A stretch of 64,000 nt of DNA from Macrostomum lignano (Eukaryota): positions 1 through 64,000 of the forward strand of contig NIVC01001545.1 in NCBI GenBank assembly GCA_002269645.1. Reading direction: 5' to 3'. This document shows, one piece after another, positions 58,453-64,000 of the stretch. The notes under the pieces are model-generated. The model was given only the letters and a program-made list of their open reading frames with translations. It was not told where the DNA came from and did no database searches. Every line of letters starts with the position of its first letter. The first letter of the stretch is position 1. A program made the position numbers and the translations under genes.

Positions 58453-61082
58453 CACAGGTAGGAGGAATTCAAGTTAAATGCAAAAAAATTGCCCATAATC
58501 GGTTTTTTGTTCATGGGATAGAATTTGTACCCCTGATTCTAAAATGACTTCCCATGAAATCCTAACTGATTGGGTTCGCGAGATATGCTCATAATTAAGT
58601 TTTTACCATAGATATGAGGCAGTACAACAAGCAAAACTCGCCATTCAAGGATAAGTTGAATGTATTTTGTCCAAAACAGTTCTCACCACTGTGAATTCAA
58701 TTTGTAGTGTGCAATAGTTCAGGCATTATTACAAAATATATATTTTAATTTAAACAGTGAATCAGCAAATTAATAATTATTAACATTATTTACCTATAGA
58801 ATTTTTAAGATAATGGCTAATCTTTCTAAGTCTAAACCAAAACAGAAAACTGTAATGCAATAGATATTGAGCTGTAAATTCAAATAGATTGTCATTGAGC
58901 ATTTTTAGTTTTACAAGCAATTACAAATGACAGCTATTATATTGTACCGTGGCCTGTAGAAGCTGTTGTCCCATCGCTGGGTCACCACTCTGGCGCTTAA
59001 AGTTTTGCCATACTTTACTGAAATCATGGTGAGCACTTTCACCAGCCTGCTCAGAAAATGTGCCCAGGCCTTTGCCATGCAGTCTGCAAAACTCGACCAC
59101 ATGGACGAACACGCAGTGTACTTTTGGTGTCACTCTAATAGGTAGCTTGCAGTAGGACTCTCGAAACTGCTGAATCAGCTGTTCATATTCAGGCTGTAGC
59201 TTCTCCCCAAAGCAAGCGTGTACCACTTGATGGAAGCATTGAAGGGCTTCACCAAACTGCTTCAGCTGCTCAGGCAGGATGCTCGTCAGTTCATCAGCTA
59301 GTAACACCAGAGTTGAGAAACTGGCGGCTGCAGGCTAACTTCTTTACTGGCGATGCTGCAGGCTCAGACTCACCGGTCACAGTCAGCACAACTTTCAGAG
59401 AGCCTCCTCCACCATCAATTCCAATCTTGACAAAGCTGTTCTCGATGCCACGCTCGGTGCAAATATGATTTAGCAAACCTTGAAGATCGGAGCAGATCAC
59501 GGCTGGCCTTGGTCCCAAAACCTCCTGAGTCTGTCCAGATGAACGTATGAATGGCAGCTGAACTAACGTGAAGAAGCTTGTTAGGCAGCGGCCTCTCTTC
59601 TGCAGCTCTTCACGAAGGTTAGGCTCGATCACATGCCGGCCTGCACCTAACCTAAGAATGCTGGCCAGCTTTAGAGTCTGCTTGCTGCTTAAACTAAGCC
59701 CGACTTTCAAAGCCGAAATTGTTTCGTGGCTTATATGTCCTTTCCTAGAAACACTTGTTATAGGTTCAGCGGCTGAGCTAGAGGCTACCTTGACTCGAAG
59801 AGGTTTACCAGCAGTTTGACTTAGTACAATACCACCTGCTGCAGCCTCATTACACTCCTTGATGACTGAGCTAGCCAGCTGGTGCTTGGTAAGAGGAGAT
59901 ATTTTGTCTCGCAAATTCTTTAATTTGGTTGTTTTATTGCAGCAATGCTCCAGGCCGGGTCCGATCTGTGACATGCAATGCAAGCAGAGTATTTGGTGTC
60001 TGGCACTGCACTGCTGCTCCTGTGTGAGCTGGCCAAGCTACACAGCTCACAGTTGCAGTCAGGATTGCCACGAGTTGCAGGCGGCAGAGACTGAAGGTCG
60101 GTAACTATCTGGTCATACGCCAGTAGGACTGGAATAGGTCGCGAATCTGGGCAAGACAAAGACGAAAGCTTCCTTCTGCAGCCGTCACATATGCCAGATG
60201 GAAGATATTGTCGTTCTACCTTGAAGCCTTCGTACACTGTAGATTGAATTAGTTCAATCTGATGCTCCATCAAAGGGCGATGCGCTCTTCGAAGACACAT
60301 GGCACACAGTGCCTGGAGATTTTCTTCGTGGTTTCTTTTCTTTGGCATTGTAGTTGATGAGTAAAAACAAGAAATTTGTTTGGACAGTTGATCAATTGAA
60401 ACAAAATATTCTAAAATGCTCTAAATACTCATTTACATCACCATAAATTGAGCAACTGCTCATGATTTAGGTATAAAGGGATCAATAAAAAATAATGTGC
60501 AAATTGTGTGAGTGATCACAAGCGAAATTTTGCCTTTTGCCGTTTAATGGTGGCGGGTTGAATGTACATATTTTTATCGAGTATACGTCAGGTGATTTTT
60601 TTGCATATTTCATGATCGTGATGGTAAATAGACTTAGAAGACTGTACAATACTTGTTATCTTCTCTAATTTAGAGAATCAAACTTATTTATATAGAAGAG
60701 GCCAATTCTTTACGCTAAGAATGTACAGCATAGCATCAGTTGTAACATCGCACACTTAACAAAGTTGCCTTGAGTTTTTTGTTTTGTTTTACCCTACAAA
60801 AAGGATGATTAAACATACATGCACTCAATACAAATTGAATACACAGTGGTGAGAACTGTTTTGGACAAAATACATTCAACTTATCCTTGAATGGCGAGTT
60901 TTGCTTGTTGGACTGCCTCATCTCTATGGTAAAAACTTAATTATGAGCATATCTCGCGAACCCAATCAGTTAGGATTTCATGGGAGGTCATTTTAGAATC
61001 AGGGGTACAAATTCTATCCCATGAGCAAAAAACCGATTATGGGCAATTTTTTTGCATTTAACTTGAATTCCTCCTACCTGTG
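58453..61082 (-). mobile_element. Chapaev-type (CMC/Transib-related) DNA transposon, internally deleted
   Basis: 254-bp TIRs (58453-58706 and 60829-61082, about five mismatches) starting CACAGGTAGG. 4-bp TSD TATT at 58449-58452 and 61083-61086. Transposase remnants on the minus strand. Confidence 0.88.
58921..60348 (-). pseudogene. Chapaev-type transposase remnant in three frames
   Basis: N-terminal H..NL..LC..C ... P..IC..C ... C.C..C zinc region. KIGIDGGGG (first catalytic Asp). TPKVHCVFVH (H-x4-H). LGTFSEQAGESAH (catalytic Glu). Frameshift near 60000 and an apparent deletion at ~59300. Confidence 0.78.
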
Positions 61083-62781
61083 TATTGACTATGTTAAGAT
61101 GTCTCGGCAGGCTGTGATGCTAATGGCTAATTAAAATGAAAAATTAATAGACACTAAAGGTTTCAAATAAAGCAGTACTATAAGAAAAGAGAGAAAGTGA
61201 GCGAGGGAAGGAAAGGGGGTTGACAAAACACTCAAAATGAGCATCTATATATATTGTATTAAAATGCTACATTGGCTGGTCCATACATGCACAACTGCTG
61301 GCTGACCTGGCCGATCTGGCCACTAAATTGTGTTGGACCAGGGGTAAGTCGCAAAAATGCCCATCCCAAAGAATACAGACGTAGTACTAATTAGATGATG
61401 AGGCATTTAGCCCTTATAAGAGAGTCATAGTTACTCCTGCCGTTTACCCAAAATTGCGTTAATGTTGCTCTAGGGTTTCTTTCACAGGTAAGTCGCATTT
61501 TTGGTCAAAAAGTAAGTCGCACGGCCAGTGTAAATCAGGGGGGTTGTGCATGTATGGGCTGGTCCATTAGAGGAAAAATCGAAGCACGCATAAGGACCAG
61601 TTGCTGTAAAATTAGCAAAAAGCATAGGGTTGAAGGGGATACAAAGAATAATCAGCAACGGGAAAATAGCTATTACACAAGGGGAGAATGGCAATCCTAT
61701 TATAGGACGGGAAAAGTAGCGAAATGTTATCCAGCAAGGGAGAGCAGTTCCAGAAAAATGTTCACGTAAATGTGAGCAAAAATTAAAATTATAATAAAAA
61801 TTTATTGTCAAAATTTATTAACTGAAATTACTGAAGGGGTAGCTGCCTGCCACATTTATTTAACACAAAATTACAGAACTTTAATGCATTTCAAATCTAG
61901 GCAAATCTAAGAAAACTTTTTGTTTAACTATTTGTATTTCCCAAAATATTTTCCCAATTTAATTTTTGTTCTAAATAGTTAAAAAAAATATAAATAGACA
62001 CAATTTGCATGAAGAGAAAACAACTTGTCTTGACTGGTTCAAGCTTCAAATCAGCTTTCAATCCTTAATGGTTAGTTGAAAAATCTGTTAGGGCCTAGTA
62101 GTATGTAAAAATGAGAACTTTTTATTTAAAAACATAATAGTTTAATATTGTAAAACTTTAAAACAAAAAATCAGTTAATATAGAATATAAAAAAATAAAG
62201 CTTTTGTTTTAATTTTTGTTTAGAAAGGTGATTATATATACTTAGCAACATGTTAAAGTTTTTACCCCAAAGGCAAAGCTAATGGCCAACTTCTAGATTA
62301 TTCATCAGTTGAATAATGAAAGAATTAATTAATTAATTAATTCCTAATATTATCATTGACAATACAATAATATCAGTTTATTTTTCTTCATATCAACTTG
62401 ATTGCAAAATTAGCCCATATATGCCTGCAGATATAGTGTGAATTGCATTGGGTCTAAGATCTAAGAAAAGTTGACCACTAGTTTTTAAGTGGAAACTTTA
62501 ACATAAATTTTAAAATAATTTTATTATTTTGATACTTTTGTCTTATAAGTTTCAACGATTAACAATTCTATCTAACTATATTATATAATGTTTTTTTATA
62601 TTGCTAAATAATTGAACTTTCTATAAAATGCTATTTGGTTCTATTGATTTAGACAGAAAGCAATATTTATAAAAAAAACAGAGCAGTTTATTTACAACTT
62701 ATTTATCAATGTCCCTCTTTGGCGTGTGAGTTTAATTAAATTTAATTTACTCGATGTTATCAATTTCAGATAGTCAAAATC

Positions 62782-63118
62782 ATGTCACAGTCTGCTACCA
62801 GAAAAAGCAATTCGTCTTTAGTCCTGACAGCAACTGCACCGCCTGATGGAGTGTTTCAGGTTGGCATTTTCTTTAACTAGTAGCATATCTGAGGCCTAGT
62901 GGGCGTACTAATATCTTTATTGTACTTCAATTGCCTTCCTCAGAGTGCCAAGGTATTCGAAGCCATTCGCGCTGGCCTAGCCGAAGAGGGCAAAGAACTT
63001 GTGAACCGAATCAAGGGCGTCTTCGCCTTCAAGGTTACTGGGGGCAGGGATGGCGCTGAAGGACTTTGGATTGTTGACTGCAAAACTGGCACCGGCTCTG
63101 TGGAGTTTGGCGGGAAAG
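62782..63118 (+). CDS. SCP2 sterol-binding-domain protein, first two coding exons; continues beyond the window
   Basis: Exons 62782-62859 and 62944-63118. VFEAIRAGLAEEGKELVNRIKGVFAFKV.GG.DG..G.WIVDCKTGTGSV parallels SCP2 [50 protein letters not shown] (from memory). Confidence 0.88.
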
Positions 63119-63139
63119 GTGAGTGAGTCCATTGGATTC

Positions 63140-64000
63140 TCCTTTATTGCTGGGCCACCCTCCCAGATCCTCGGTTGCTGGGCCAGCCTCCAAGATCCTC
63201 CTTTATTGCTAGACCAGCCTCCAAGATCCTCCTTTATTGCTAGACCAGCCTCCAAGATCCTCCTTTATTGCTAGACCAGCCTCCAAGATTCTCCTTTATT
63301 GCTAGACCAGCCTCCAAGATCCTCCTTTATTGCTAGACCAGCCTCCAAGATTCTCCTTTATTGCTAGACCAGCCTCCAAGATCCTCCTTTATTGCTAGAC
63401 CAGCCTCCAAGATCCTCCTTTATTGCTAGACCAGCCTCCAAGATTCTCCTTTATTGCTAGACCAGCCTCCAAGATCCTCCTTTATTGCTAGACCAGCCTC
63501 CAAGATTCTCCTTTATTGCTAGACCAGCCTCCAAGATCCTCCTTTATTGCTAGACCAGCCTCCAAGATTCTCCTTTATTGCTAGACCAGCCTCCAAGATC
63601 CTCCTTTATTGCTAGACCAGCCTCCAAGATCCTCCTTTATTGCTAGACCAGCCTCCAAGATTCTCCTTTATTGCTAGACCAGCCTCCAAGATTCTCCTTT
63701 ATTGCTAGACCAGCCTCCCAGATCCTCAGTTGCTGGGCCAGCCTCCCAGATTCCCAGTTGCTTGGGCAGCCTTCCAGATCCTCAGTTGCTTGGGCAGCCT
63801 ACCAGAGTGTCAGTTGCTGGGCCAACTTCCTAGACCTGTTGCTGGGCCACCCGCCTCCCAGATCCTCAGTTGCTGAGCCACCAGCCTCTCAAATCCTGTT
63901 GCTGGGCCACCAGCCTCTCAGAACCCCTGTTGCTGGGCCACCAGCCTCCCAGATCCCCTATTGTTGGGCCACCAGTCTCCCAGATCTCCTGGGTCCAGTG
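63140..64000. repeat. 31-bp intronic satellite decaying into related variants
   Basis: Unit CTCCTTTATTGCTAGACCAGCCTCCAAGAT[C/T]. Period 31 (63183 and 63214). After ~63720 it changes to GTTGCTGGGCCA..CCTCCCAGATCCT variants. Confidence 0.95.

Overview
Eukaryotic (metazoan) genomic DNA with GT-AG introns, rich in satellites and transposons. A free-living flatworm such as Macrostomum is my impression only. All protein-family calls come from motif recognition by eye and need HMM confirmation. Host genes from left to right: a TTC5/STRAP orthologue (+, four frameshifting indels); two intronless MED15-derived genes built only from KIX and central helical modules; full-length two-exon MED15; a truncated ankyrin pseudogene; a ~1770-aa ankyrin-repeat gene (-); a secreted PAN/apple-like + WSC protein; a GPI-type two-domain Ly6/uPAR-like protein; and the first exons of an SCP2-domain gene. 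Mobile DNA: a PHD-ORF1 RTEX-like LINE split inside its endonuclease by a near-intact Loa/R1-like RNase H LINE (13-bp TSD); a Merlin derivative (8-bp TSD); a Chapaev-type element (CACAG termini, 254-bp TIRs, 4-bp TSD, RAG1-like N-terminal zinc domain); two foldback elements; an LTR with a PPT; MITEs; and a tRNA-derived SINE family. There are about ten tandem arrays. The best candidate for an undescribed system is the local expansion of MED15-derived proteins (one with four tandem KIX domains, one shuffled KIX/central-domain protein) that lack the polyQ and C-terminal Mediator-anchoring region and sit directly upstream of the parent gene.
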